A DNA stretch of 64,000 nucleotides from the human T2T-CHM13v2.0 reference genome, Homo sapiens. Both the position numbers and the translations under genes were made by a program. Below, in pieces: positions 26,885 to 40,570 of this stretch (its first letter is position 1; each line of letters starts with the position of its first letter). Where the stretch lies: NCBI RefSeq assembly GCF_009914755.1, contig NC_060944.1; one strand, 5' to 3'. The notes below the pieces were generated by a model. The model was not told where the DNA came from, did no database searches, and saw only the letters and a program-made list of their open reading frames with translations.

Positions 26885-27651
26885 GGTGCTGGGCATTCAA
26901 CAGCTAATACTACTCAGTTCTTGTGCCAAGTAACACAGTCCTGCCTGCCTGGGAGACAAATAGGTAAAGGAGTAATTACAATTAAAATATGACTATGAGA
27001 GAACTGCAATGAGGTGACTTGGGACCCCAGGGGAAAGGAAAGGCTGTATGCCTAGTCCTGGGAATTGGTTACTTTTATGCCAAGACCCATAGGGTGATGA
27101 GAATCAAGCAGGTGAAGACATTGGAGAAAGATACTGGAGGAAGCCTGTTCTGGGCAGAGCAGGAAGCAGGTACCAAGCCTAGCAGCTGGGAGGCAGGGCT
27201 TTGGGGCATCACCAATTGTCTAGCATGACTAGACCAGGCCCACAGGCACAGAGCATTCAGCAGATAGGACAGACTCCTGGGAACAGGACTGCTCCCGGAC
27301 CTGGGCTCTGCCAGTCCCCATGCTGGGGGCCCTACACAGTTGGGTGGTGGCACTGTGCGCTGGTGGTGGTATCTCTTCTCTATGGTGAAGTCCTGCCAGG
27401 CCTTCAGGAAGTCTCTTCCAGCTGCCATACACAATCGTTGGTCAAATGATGCTTATGATGCCAGAGGACTTTCACGAGTCTCCAAATGTTAATCCCCAAC
27501 TTCTACTTAAGTCTACCACTTGCCCGAAGGTACTTGAAACCACCATAAAACGTCATTGGAACCTCCAGTGTGAGACTTTCATTGTGTTCATTGCAGCAAG
27601 TTTGGTGTGCCGACACTTGCATACCTTTTCCCAGCCTCTGTCAGTCTAACT

Positions 27652-27763
27652 CAGGGCAGGGCAAGCTTTTTCTATAAAAGGATGGATGGTATACTTTGGG
27701 CTTTGTAGGCAAAGAGGCGAAATTAAGGATATTATGTAGGTGTTTATGTAATAAGAGAGAAAA
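27652..27763 (+). mobile_element. MER58-family hAT-Charlie 5' fragment
   Basis: cagggcagggcaagctttttctataaaagg...ggctttgtaggcaaagaggcgaaattaaggatattatgtagg. Confidence 0.6.
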
Positions 27764-28189
27764 TTCCGGCTCCACCCCATCCTGTTTTCCTGGGGTGGGC
27801 TACCCAGGGTGGAAGGCGCATTTTGCACCCAGTGCTGGGCAGGCCACTGTCATGGTCAGTTTCACGCTCTGCCTGGTGGTGCCAATCCTAGTGTGCCTCC
27901 CTCTTTGCACAGAGCCTGGCAATCTCAACTGGGGCAGCTGACCAGAGGCAAGACAACTTCCCAGACTGAGACTCTACTGCTTGGTGACTGGCAGTTGCCA
28001 ACAAGTCCCCAGTGTGTAGGCGGTGACCAGCACAGGCCCTGGGGAGCAGCGAGCCGTGGCTGCCAGCTGAGTGCCAGGAAAACAGGCAGTGAGCCCGCCA
28101 GGTCTCCATGGATCACAGGTCTAGCAAATTCAGGCCATGCTCACAGACAGTATGAAAACAGGTGGCAAGGTGGGTGTGACCTGAGGGCC

Positions 28190-29279
28190 TATATCAGTTT
28201 TCTACAGCTGCACAACAAATTACCACAAACGTTGTGGCTGGAAGCAACACCTATTCATTAGCTCATGGTTCTGTGGGTCAGAAGTCCTGCCACAGTGCAG
28301 GTAGCCTCTGCTTATGGTCTCATGGGTTGAAACGAAGGTGTTAAAAAGGCTGGGCTCCTATCTGGAAGCCCTGGGGAAGAACCACTTCCAAACTCCTTCA
28401 GGTTGTTGGCCAAATACGACATTCTGTAATCACAGGACTGGGGTCCTGCCTGAGGTTCCCTTGCTGACTCTCAGCAAGGGGCTGCTCTCAGTTCCTAAAG
28501 ACCACCTACATTCAGTGGCACCCAGCCTCCACCACATTTGAAGCCAGCCATCAGATTCCCTTCACGCTTCTGCGAAAGTTGTAAGATTCCAAAGACAGTA
28601 ACTTGTGTCAAACCCTGGCAAGCGGAGCTGGGGAAGGCCATGAAGAGAGGGCTCGCATGCTTGATCTGCCTGATCACGGGAACTATCACAAGACATGAGT
28701 CACACCAGGACAGCCACTGGCACAAGAACAGCTAGCTAATTACACAGGAACACCTGCCTGGCACACTGTTTTGCAAGCCAATCTAAAACTGTAAGGACCT
28801 AATTGTACCTCCAAGATTACAGGTCCTACCTGGCAACTACTGATACTTGCCACTCAGAACTTGCCAGCCCTTGCAAGCTGCCACCAGCACCATAAGCTTT
28901 CTTTCAAAACAACTTGCAAACCCTTCTCCTTCCCCAGTAAGCCTCAACCTTTTACTTTTTTTCCTGGACATTGCCAGAGGCCACCCTGGTCTGCATGTAT
29001 GTCCCGGATTGCAATCCTCTCTCTTGCATATTATCCCAAATGAAACAATTTTTACTTTCACTCTCTCTTTTTTCACACTGACACTTCAAATCTCCGCTTC
29101 CTCTTCTGTTACCAGGCAGAAAAACTCTGCTTTTATGGGGCTCACATGATTAGATTAAGCACACAGGGACACTCTCCCTTTCGCCATGTCGTGTAGCACA
29201 ATCACAGTTCCTCACGAGCTCAAAGAGGGGAGGATTACAACGGCACCGGGGGGTCATTCTTAGAATTCTCCCTACTACA
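28190..29279 (-). mobile_element. MLT1 (MaLR) LTR split by a nested ERV1 LTR
   Basis: acaaattaccacaaa...gttctgtgggtcagaagtcc on the left. Resumes after 29087 and ends ttagaattctccctactaca. Confidence 0.75.
28571..29083 (+). mobile_element. Solo ERV1 LTR, MER67-like, 513 bp
   Basis: TG...CA ends with 4 bp TSD CTTC at 28567-28570 and 29084-29087. Start tgcgaaagttgtaag...ggggaaggccatgaagagaggg. Confidence 0.75.
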
Positions 29280-29526
29280 GAACTGTAGTTTGCCAATCCC
29301 TGGTCTAAACTGTAACCCAGAATATAATAAAACATATGGCAGAAAAACAGGCCACAGCACAGTAGATGCCACCTGGCAGAGAACACACCAACTCAAGAGG
29401 GACCACGCATGCACACTGGCTGGGAACACCCACGGTCCAGGCCTGAGACTCAGGGTGAGCACGCGCCCTCCCACCTCCCGCACTCACACCCACAGGCTTG
29501 TGCTGTGCCCAGTACGAAGCATCCCA

Positions 29527-29745
29527 GAGCAGCACCATCTTCTGGAGCTTTCTGAGAGGACGGAAGTGTCTGTTATCTGTGCTGTCCATTATGCTAGCCA
29601 TGTGGCTACTGAGCACTTAAAATGTGGCTGGTGAGACTGAGAAACTAAATTTTTAAAATTTTACCTTGATTTTACCTTAATCTTCATCTTACTTTAAAAT
29701 TAAATAGCAACATGTGACTGGTGGCTACTGTACTGGATAGCACAG
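29527..29745 (+). mobile_element. MER3-like hAT-Charlie MITE
   Basis: ctagccatgtggctactgagcacttaaaatgtggct...tggtggctactgtactggatagcacag. Confidence 0.75.
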
Positions 29746-29819
29746 TTCTACACTAAGATTCTGGAGTAACCATGCCTTCAAATGTGTCAGTTCTGAGCAC
29801 AGAGTATGCATTAATATTC

Positions 29820-30935
<1,116 letters not shown>

Positions 30936-31342
30936 GACATCCAACATTTCCGTCTGAGTACTCCAGAGTCTGAAAAAATCTTTGAAAGGTAACCTAGTCC
31001 TTTCTCTTATCCTCATAAAATCACAATGTTGTTGTAGCTGAGGAATCTTAGCTAGATCCTTTGATCCTTCAACAAAGAAGGAACTACAGCTGAGAGAGGT
31101 TGGATTAGAATTCTAGTATCCTTAAACATCGTCATCTTTCTCCTATACTTATTCATCTCTCTGGGCAGAATCATATCACAATTGAGATTCCTAATGTCCA
31201 GAATTCCCAGAATCATTTAAAAATAACCTTAGTCTAAGAGTGGAATCCATTTCTGCCCAATACAAACTTCCAACTAACCAGTACAAGGTCAAGCAGAGGT
31301 GAAGATGGTCATAAACAGGCAGCTGGCTGGGACAGTGGTACG

Positions 31343-31706
31343 TGTGATATTTGCTGTACTGGTGGCCCCAATGAACCACATCATGCTTCGTGGGATTCAC
31401 ACCCTGTGTGGCTCTCTTCGTTAAACCTAGGTGGGGTTTGTGACTTGTTTTAGCCAATAGAATGCACTGGCACTAATGCCATGGGTGACTTGAGAGCCCC
31501 AGCTGAGCCTAGTCCTTAGTGGAGTCATGATCAAAATGCAGGCCCATAAGTGGCGTGTCTTGATACCACCTGGAGTATATAAACCATCCAGCTGGGCCCT
31601 GCCCAAATTTTCCAGAACCAAATAATGATAAGCAATAAAATGGTGGTTGTTTTTAAGGTGCCAAGTTTTAGGGCAGTTCATTATACAATGATAGATAACC
31701 AAAATA
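31343..31706 (+). mobile_element. MLT1 (F/G/H-like) LTR
   Basis: gtgacttgttttagccaatagaatg and the end aataaaatggtggttgttttaag...atagataaccaaaata. Confidence 0.7.
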
Positions 31707-32789
31707 TATGGGTTTGGGAATAAGGTAAAATATGAGGGAATAAATGAAATTAGTCAAAGCAGAATGAAAAAAGTTTCTTTGGTTTCTATTTATAATTTAT
31801 GACTAAACATAAATTAAAGTCCAATTCTACTTCATGCCAATCTCTCTTCCAATTCTTTTAATATTTCTAATGAATAATTCTTAGCAGGTATTTCTTTGCT
31901 ATGAGCTACTTTTGCTATACTAAGTTTTAAAGTAAATACTTGAAATATGGCATTTATTTCTTGATGTTATAGAGAAGTCTGAGAGCTCCAAGTTAAAATT
32001 CATCAGGGTGAAAATGTTAGTCTGTGATTACAGAATCAGAACTATTCATTACGGCTATTCAGAGAATCTTCTTTATGAGTTTAATGACATAAGCATATTA
32101 TACTGAATTATTATGGTACTGCATCAACTGGATTCATAAATTTAATATACTCAGTCTGGTTCACATATTCTAATAAAATCCAGCAAGCTTTAAAACTTTT
32201 ATAGGAAATGTGCATTTAAAATCCATGTGATATTCAATTTTTACAGGGTGACGTCCTTGCTCAGGGTATTAAGTAGTTTCAGTGATGATGATGACCCAGC
32301 CTGGCAGCAAGCTTCTGGGGAAACCTCACAAATAGACAATCCATATCAGAAAAACCAAAACCTGCTTTTCTCCAGAGCACAAGTCAAAACCATGGGGTGG
32401 AGGCGGGTGGAAAGAGAAGAATTGAGTTTATCCTGCACCTGTGGACCAGAAGTGAGGACATGTAAGGAAGGAGGCAAACAGCTTCCACATAATCTGACAG
32501 GTGCCACTCAACCTCACTTGGTTGAAGCAGAAAGTGGGAGGATGCTGGGCAAGGAGCCCAGTTCCCAGTACTCACTATGGATCTTTGACCTACTGATACG
32601 TTTGAATCTACATAAATGTTTGGCAACAAGCTCAATATAGATGCCATTAGGACTCAACTTCTTCAGCACTGGAAGAAGCCTAGGAGAGCCCTGGAGGCAC
32701 ACTATGGCTGTTTGAGCTCTAATGTAGCACCATGAGCAGGGATCCTAGGCACTCAGTCTTATGCAGCTACCATGCTGGGCACAAAGACA

Positions 32790-32945
32790 TCAAAGCACTG
32801 TGGTTTGAAGTAAGCCCCTTAACTCCTCTGTACCTCAGTTTCCTCCTTGTCTGATTATACTATTTTCTTTTTAGGATTAGAAGATTAAAGGAGCTATTGT
32901 CTACAAAATGCTTAGGACAGGGTCCAATTTAGAGAACCTTAGTAA
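32790..32945 (+). mobile_element. MIR relic (host of the Tigger insertion)
   Basis: cttaactcctctgtacctcagtttcctc...ggattagaagattaaa...aaaatgcttaggacag. Confidence 0.6.
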
Positions 32946-32952
32946 GTACAGA

Positions 32953-33915
32953 TGTATGGTATGTACCTCAGTAAGTACAGTATGTACTGGTGATAAGGTT
33001 ATTGGGATCCCATCATAAGTGGAAGAGCATCTGTATGGTATGTACCTTGGTAAACACAGTATGTACTGGTGATAAGGTTATTGGGATCCCATCATAAGTG
33101 GAAGAGCATCTGTATGGTATGTACCTTAGTAAGTACAGTATGTACTGGTGATAAGGTTATTGGGATCCCATCATAAGTGGAAGAGCATCTGTATGGTATG
33201 TACCTTAGTAAACACAGTATGTACTGATGATAAGGTTATTGGGATCCCATCATAAGTGGAACAGCATCTGTATGGTATGTACCTTAGTAAACACAGTATG
33301 TACTGGTGATAAGGTTATTGGGATCCCATCATAAGTGGAAGAGCATCTGTATGGTATGTACCTTAGTAAACACAGTATGTACTGATGATAAGGTTATTGG
33401 GATCCCATCATAAGTGGAAGAGCATCTGTATGGTATGTACCTTAGTAAACACAGTATGTACTGATGATAAGGTTATTGGGATCCCATCATAAGTGGAAGA
33501 GCATCTGTATGGTATGTACCTTAGTAAACACAGTATGTACTGGTGATAAGGTTACTGGGATCCCATCATAAGTGGAACAGCATCTGTATGGTATGTACCT
33601 TAGTAAACACAGTATGTACTGGTGATAAGGTTACTGGGATCCCATCATAAGTGGAAGAGCATCTGTATGGTATGTACCTTAGTAAACACAGTATGTACTG
33701 ATGATAAGGTTATTGGGATCCCATCATAAGTGGAACAGCATCTGTATAGTATGTACCTTAGTAAACACAGTATGTACTGGTGATAAGGTTATTGGGATCC
33801 CATCATAAGTGGAAGAGCATCTGTATGGTATGTACCTTAGTAAACACAGTACGTACTGGCGATGGGTTTATTGGGATCCCATCATAAGTGGAGGAGTATC
33901 TGTTCTTAGTAAGTA
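32953..33915. repeat. VNTR3: 79 bp minisatellite, 12 copies
   Basis: a(t/c)tgggatccc recurs at 33001, 33080, 33159 ... 33870 with an exact 79 bp period. Confidence 0.98.
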
Positions 33916-33925
33916 CATACTGCAG

Positions 33926-34276
33926 AGATGCTCCTCCACTTATGATGGGATCCCAATAAACCCATGGCCAGTTGAAAATACTCTAAGTCGAAAGTGCATT
34001 TAATACACCTAACCTACCAAACATCAAGGCTTAGCCTAGTCCACCTTAAATGTGCTCAGAACACTTACATTAGCCTACAGGTGGGCAAAATCATCTAACA
34101 AAAAGTCTAGTTAGTGTTGAACATCTTATGTAGTTTATTGAATACTGTGCTAAAAGTGAAAAACAGAATGGCTGTATGAGCAGTCAAAGTACGGTTTCTA
34201 CTGAATGTGTATCGCTTTTACACCATCGTAAAGTTGAAAAATCTTAAGTAGAACCATCATCAAGTTGGGGACCACC
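33926..34276 (+). mobile_element. MER47A-like TcMar-Tigger non-autonomous DNA transposon
   Basis: agatgctcctccacttatgatggg...gcatttaatacacctaacctacc...cttagcctag...aagttggggacc matches my recollection of the MER47A/Tigger5 consensus. Confidence 0.8.
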
Positions 34277-34445
34277 CAGAGTTGATACTGTCTATATAAC
34301 TTTGTCCTCAGGGAATTGATATGCAAATATGTTAATTTTCCCCTCTTTTAAATGTTTGGAAAGACATGGGCTTAAAATGTGGAAGTGTTTAATGTTTTCT
34401 CCTTCAAAGGAAAGTAAAAGCAAGAATTTGAAATGGCTTTTTTCC

Positions 34446-34518
34446 AAATCACCTCATATCAGATACTGGCAGACCCTTTAAAATCACCTCATATTAGATA
34501 GATACTGGCAGACCCTTT
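34446..34518. repeat. Local tandem duplication (~35 bp x2)
   Basis: aaatcacctcatat...agatactggcagacccttt occurs twice. Confidence 0.9.
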
Positions 34519-34537
34519 ATTTAGAGAGTTGTGTTAA

Positions 34538-34896
<359 letters not shown>

Positions 34897-37869
34897 CTAA
34901 CCCATGTCAGGTAAATTGATTCTAATTGATTCTCCCCCATATCTTGTTTTAAGATACATTTTAGATGCTCTGATTCTCAAAAGTGCCATTTGGAAAACAA
35001 AAAAGATGTATTATTTTCTTTGTTTTTAAGCTCATGGTTCCTTCCTTCACTGTATAAACCTTCAGAGATTCCTGGCATTTGGAGATATAATGACTGCTCC
35101 AAACGACCAATTTGTCTGACAAAGGCTTTCAAATGAGAATCTTGCTGTGTGGTACCTCTTGGCTATAATGTACTTGAATTCAAATTCAAAGAATCAGGAC
35201 CTAAAAGACTCGGCCATCGAGGAGTAGTTGTACATTATTTGATGGCATCACAAAGTCTCCCCTTCAGGGGAACTCCAGAACTGGATGCATTGGGAACACT
35301 CAATGACTCTATCGTGTGCCTCTGCAGCTGTGGCTGAACAGAATGAGCTATGCCTCTAATATGTCACCTAAAGTAGTTTGTGTACTGAGGGCAAATCTCC
35401 TTCGGTTAAAATTCAGCTGGCCTTGGCGGGCTGTCTGAATAATACTGAGTCTCTGAATTCAGGGCAAGAGGGTAAGCTTTTGAGATACCAGGAGAGATAA
35501 CCTGCTGCCTGTGTTTTGTTCTCTGGACGAGGGGTGCCTGATGCTCCTGTGAGACTGTTTGCCTTGGAGATTACCCTCCTGCCTTGGGAGCTCTTCCTGA
35601 GTGTCCAGAAACTGCCCTGTGTCCCTTGGGGGAGTCAGGGTCAAGCCCTAGGTGTGATGAGGACTGTGGCCCCGAGTGGTGGGCCCTGACCCCACCCCAT
35701 GAAGAAGATTAGCTAGGGATTTGAATTATTTGCACCAATGATCCCCTTCACTGGAGACAATGACTGAGGCCTGAATATGTCAGGGAAGAGGGAGGTAGGG
35801 AGAAAAGCCAGATCAAAACTTCTCAAATGCCAACATCTCTAACTCCAAAAAAGAATGGGGTAGGTGTCTATTTCATACAGGGAAATGCAAATTAAAAAGT
35901 TCCTTTTTCAAACAGATATTATCTACCAAATTAAGAAACTAAGTTTTAGAAATTGGGCTAGGAGCTAAAAAAGAAAAAGAAAAAGAAACCAAAAGTATAT
36001 ACATTGAATATATGTACATCCAGCACAGTACTTTGCTTGTAAAATAGTCGTTGAACAAATGATGCAATGAATAGCTATAGGCAATGCTGATAGGCCTCGA
36101 TAAACAATGAGAAGCATGGGTTTTCTTTCCCTAGGACCTTAATTCGAAAAATTTCATAGGTTTACAATATCTTCTTTCTTCTGTGTAAGGGAAGTTTGTT
36201 AAATTACTCTAGAGAAGAAAGTCTATCAAATCTTAATTTGTGCTTCAAAGCCACACTCTAGAAACTCTTAAAAGTATCCTGGTCATCTCGTTACTTAAGG
36301 TCTGAGAAGTTGCTGTAGACAAAAAATGAAGAATGGTGTTGATTAGGCAGCTGATTAAACATGCGCTTCCTTGGACACATGTGTCTGGCTGTGTTAAACA
36401 CCAAATGAGCCTGAAAACTATGTAAGCATCAGTCTTTCAGTCATCAAAACTTTTAGCACGAGTGACTTTTTTTAGCTGCAATGCTGCAATAGGACACAGG
36501 AGTTAAAACGAAGTACTGGCAAAACCTGGATAGAAAGATGCCCCTGATCAAAGGGAAATCTCGTCATCTAGGGGATCCTGAAGGAAGCTATGTGGCCATA
36601 TAGTCTAAAAAATACTGGGCTAATTGAGAATAAGTTGACACCCAGTTTCTGCCACAAGGACATTGCCTTTCAAAGTAAGAAATGTCAGTATGTATTGACT
36701 AAGCTATTACTTAAATATGCCCAGATTCCTCCAAATAAGTAAACTGCATATAAATACAATTTTGTGAACTGGAAGATAAGCACTATAAGGATGAGGAAAG
36801 GTGAACATATACTAAGTAGCATAAATACCGCACACCCTGGAGATATTAAGGGCAGAAGCAGACTTCCTGTTGCTCACAGCATTTATCCAGAGAGCTCTGA
36901 AATACAAGCCCCGGGGTCTACTGGGGCTGTGTTTCCAGCTAGCTAAAGAAAAATCCACTGAGAAAAAGGCAATGGCTTCATTTTCTACCTTTTTCAACTT
37001 TGATTACCAAATGATTTCTTGATTCCAACATGAGTTTAATTTTACTTATAAATAATATGAAGCAGGTGATCTCAATTAGAAAGCAGATTAGGCAAAGTCT
37101 TACCTTTTTTTAAAAAAAATGTTTTTGGTTGCCTGGAATGAAAAGTATATATGTAAATGTAAATGCATTGCAGGGGATTGCTGGTAACAAAAATAAGTAT
37201 ATCTAAAAATGGATGGTAGCTTTACATGGGCAAATGATAAAGGTAAAAAGTTGTGTGGAATTGGAACAAACTGATGTTCTCATCCATTCCCCCTCTAAAT
37301 ACTGTCTCAAAGGATTGCACCATATGCTGTGATTCATTAACATTATGAAACATAACTGACACATATAGAAGAAAAAAGTGTTGTCGGGGGAAAAAATAGC
37401 TAGCTGAATTCTAAAATAAAGATGCAGTTTACACGGGCAACAAAAGACAGCATGAGGTTCACTCGCAAAGACCACAGTGAGCACCTTTTATCTGAAAAAA
37501 AGCACAAGGTATTTGGAAAACAAATCTGAAAAAGAGGGAGTTAGGGGAATTGATGCATTTGCAAGAAAGCCTACTGCAAAGTGGGCAAGGCTTCATGAAA
37601 GAGGAAGGATGATTCCTGAATGTTGATACAAACAATGAGCAGAGAACTTAGTGGGCATGAGACAGACAGTGGTTCTTAAAATACATGGATGTGCAAGAAG
37701 AATTTTAAACACGTCTTTTAGGCTGTTGCAACAAAGGGACTGAATGGAGAGCAACTAAACTGACATCAATGGAAATAAATAAAATTGACTATTTCAGGAA
37801 GCAAGAAGTTAGGCCTTCAGGTTGATAACAGTACTAAAAGATGCAAAAGTAGCAAATGCAATGTTAAAA

Positions 37870-39135
37870 CAAGCAAAGAAAGAATCAGGTGGACCACATA
37901 GTGCAGTGCTTCTCAAATAATATGCAGAAGGGAATCAGTTGTTTGATTGACAGAGATAGACGAGACAGAAAGACAAAGCAAGACAATGACAGAGATAGAA
38001 AATACAGGAGACAGAAAAATGAAAGGACCAGACCACGAGGTTCAACACTGAACAAATGGAATTCCAGAAACAACAGGAAAAACAACAACAACAAAACCTT
38101 AAGAAAGGAAATCATTAAGGCAATTTCCCAGAAATGAAGGATATGGCAGAAATTGATAGAACCCATGGGTCAGACGAATCGACGAACTGTTTACCAGAGT
38201 AGAGTTCTATAGGTTCAGAACATTGAGAACAGAGAGAAGGCCCTATAAAGGCTGTTCTATGGGTTTTTGGTAGGGGAGGAGGAAGGGATAGGTCACATAC
38301 AAAAGATCAAGAATCAAAATGGTTTTGAACTGCTTAGCAGCAGCACTGGAGTTAGAAGACAATGGAGAAACCCCTTTGAAATTCTGAATGAAAATGGTTT
38401 CCAACTAACATTTTATATCTAGCCAGTGAGTGGGTACATGAAGGCATTTTCAGACATGTTTCTAGAAACTTACCTCTCATACATCCTTTCTCAGGAAGCT
38501 ACTAGAGAGGTGTTTCATTAAAGTGAGGGAGTAAATCAAGAAAGGGAAGACATGGGTACAGGAAGCAGGCGAAACAATTCAAGGGAGAGCCAAGGATGAT
38601 GGAGAAGGACAATTGTGGGGTGGAAGGGAGCTGCGGTGTGGCTCAGTCTGACTAGAACAGGCAAGAGGGTTCCAGGGGAGGTTTCTGCAAGGAGGCTGTA
38701 TTTATGAAACACCTGGTGCTCTGAATGTTTGAGAAGAGAATCATACAATTGAGCAATAATGTGAAGTTGAATTAGAGATGAGTACTGTAAACTAAGCAAA
38801 CAAGCTGAGCTCACCACAGTCCTGACTCAGTGCATGGGAGGACCAGGCAGGGAGGGCGAGTGTCCCTGAATATATGAGGAGAGGGGCTGGGGGGGGTGCA
38901 TGCTGGGGAGCCATCATCCATAGTGGGACGTTAACAGCACCTAAAATTTTTTAAAAAGTCAAGAAGAAGGAATATAGGAATGCAATTTTAGTTTGGAAGC
39001 AAATACAAAAATGGAAGAAAATACCAAAATGAAAGAGTTGCTGCTGGGGAAGGGGAAATGGAGGGCATGAATAGGGGACAGGATACTGCTCTCCAGAAAA
39101 GCCTAATCAAACTGTATGAGCATTGATTTTAAAAA
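37870..39135 (+). mobile_element. HAL1 (half-L1) / ancient L1 ORF1-like relic
   Basis: ggtcacatacaaaagatcaagaatcaaaatgg...agaagacaatggag...cctttctcaggaagctactagag...gagggagtaaatcaagaaagggaagacatggg. Confidence 0.65.
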
Positions 39136-39267
39136 TGTCACAAAAATTGCATATACACACAAAACAGCAATAAGTGTAAACACATACACACACAAACACA
39201 TACACAGAAAAACAGTCAGAGAAGATACATGCCCAACCACCCCATGAGAGCAGTTACCTCCTAGCAC

Positions 39268-39680
39268 TCAGCTTGGTTTGAGATCCTCTGAAAGCAGAGC
39301 CTGAGGCAGTATTGAGGAGTAATGGTGATGCTGGAAGCAGAAGCATTGGGGTAGGAAAGTGAGTGAGAGAAAAAGAGAAAAGCCAACAAAGGGGTGTTGC
39401 TGAGCAGGTCCCCACTGTGGGTGACTCAGTCCTGCTGGGGACCCTTTGAGAGACACAGAGCACGTGCTTCTGAATCGTTCCCATGCAGGACGGGAGGCAG
39501 GCCCACTTATCCACAGACTTTCATCCTCTCTTGTTTGAGAATGATCTCCAGGGCCTTGCCTGCTCCCAGCCTTTGGGACTGCCTGGGTCAGGGTCCATGG
39601 GGGCTGCCTTGGCTTCAGAAAAGGGTGAGGGAGAAAAGCTAACAGACCTGGTGGGGTGCAGACACCCACACCGGAAAAGC
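39268..39680 (-). mobile_element. LTR16-like ERVL LTR
   Basis: aagcagagcctgaggcag...gggtgttgctgagcaggtccccactgtggg...ctcagtcctgctggggacc. Confidence 0.6.
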
Positions 39681-40309
39681 CCACCATGGCTATGGCTAAT
39701 ATCACAGGTAGGGCAACAGCACAGCGTATGTCAGCCTGTGGGATGGAACTGGGGCTGTTGGTGAGTAAGGGGGACTCCAGCTTTAGCCATAAATGGGCAC
39801 CCTTCACGCCCATTTATCATGAGGGTGCCTCTGTTAGCCACCCTCATGAGCTAGGACAACGCAGGGAGCCATCTTTTGCTCCTGGCCTCAGCTGCTTTGT
39901 TTCCACCTGGTTGTTACCACTTTGTCCTTAGCGTCCAATTTTCTGATGAGGACTTTTTGATTCACAGCAAGCTTGCTCATTATTTTCCAAAGGATAAACA
40001 AGCAGTTTTAGGAAATTAAAATGCAAGTTTAACTGCAGCCTTGGGAGGTAAGAACCCAGGTAAACATGACTAATACACCAAACCTAAGCAAATCCATTAT
40101 CAAAAAGATTCCAAAGCATCTAGAGAAGATAAAGAGCAGCCCATAAGCTCCCAGCTTGCCCAGGGTCATAGTGCATATCCCCCGGGCCAGACCATGGTGT
40201 CTCCATGGGGAGCAGGCCACGGTGGCTGCTGGCCTGAGGTCTGTGGAGCTCTGGGCTATGCTGCAATCCTTCCAGGAACTTCTTTTATGTTTTTACAACA
40301 GTGAATTAA

Positions 40310-40570
40310 TATTGTATTCTACTGCATAACAATTCTATCTAGATAAATCTATATACTATATACAATATTGAATTATATCTATAATTGATATCTATACACA
40401 TCTATAATCTATATAGCTATAATCCATATTAGTATAACTATATGACTATTTAAAGTTATACTTATAATTATATATAATCTACTGACACTTAAATCTATAT
40501 ATTTATATAATTATATCTTATTATACTATGTTTTATCTTATTTCATAATTAATAATATATCATTATACAT
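40310..40570. repeat. AT-rich low-complexity tract (degenerate TA/TATC)
   Basis: Seen directly. Confidence 0.8.

Noticed and set aside
32953-33915. CRISPR-like regular repeat array
   Set aside because: Units are contiguous and near-identical with no unique spacers, the context is eukaryotic, and there are no cas genes. It is a VNTR.
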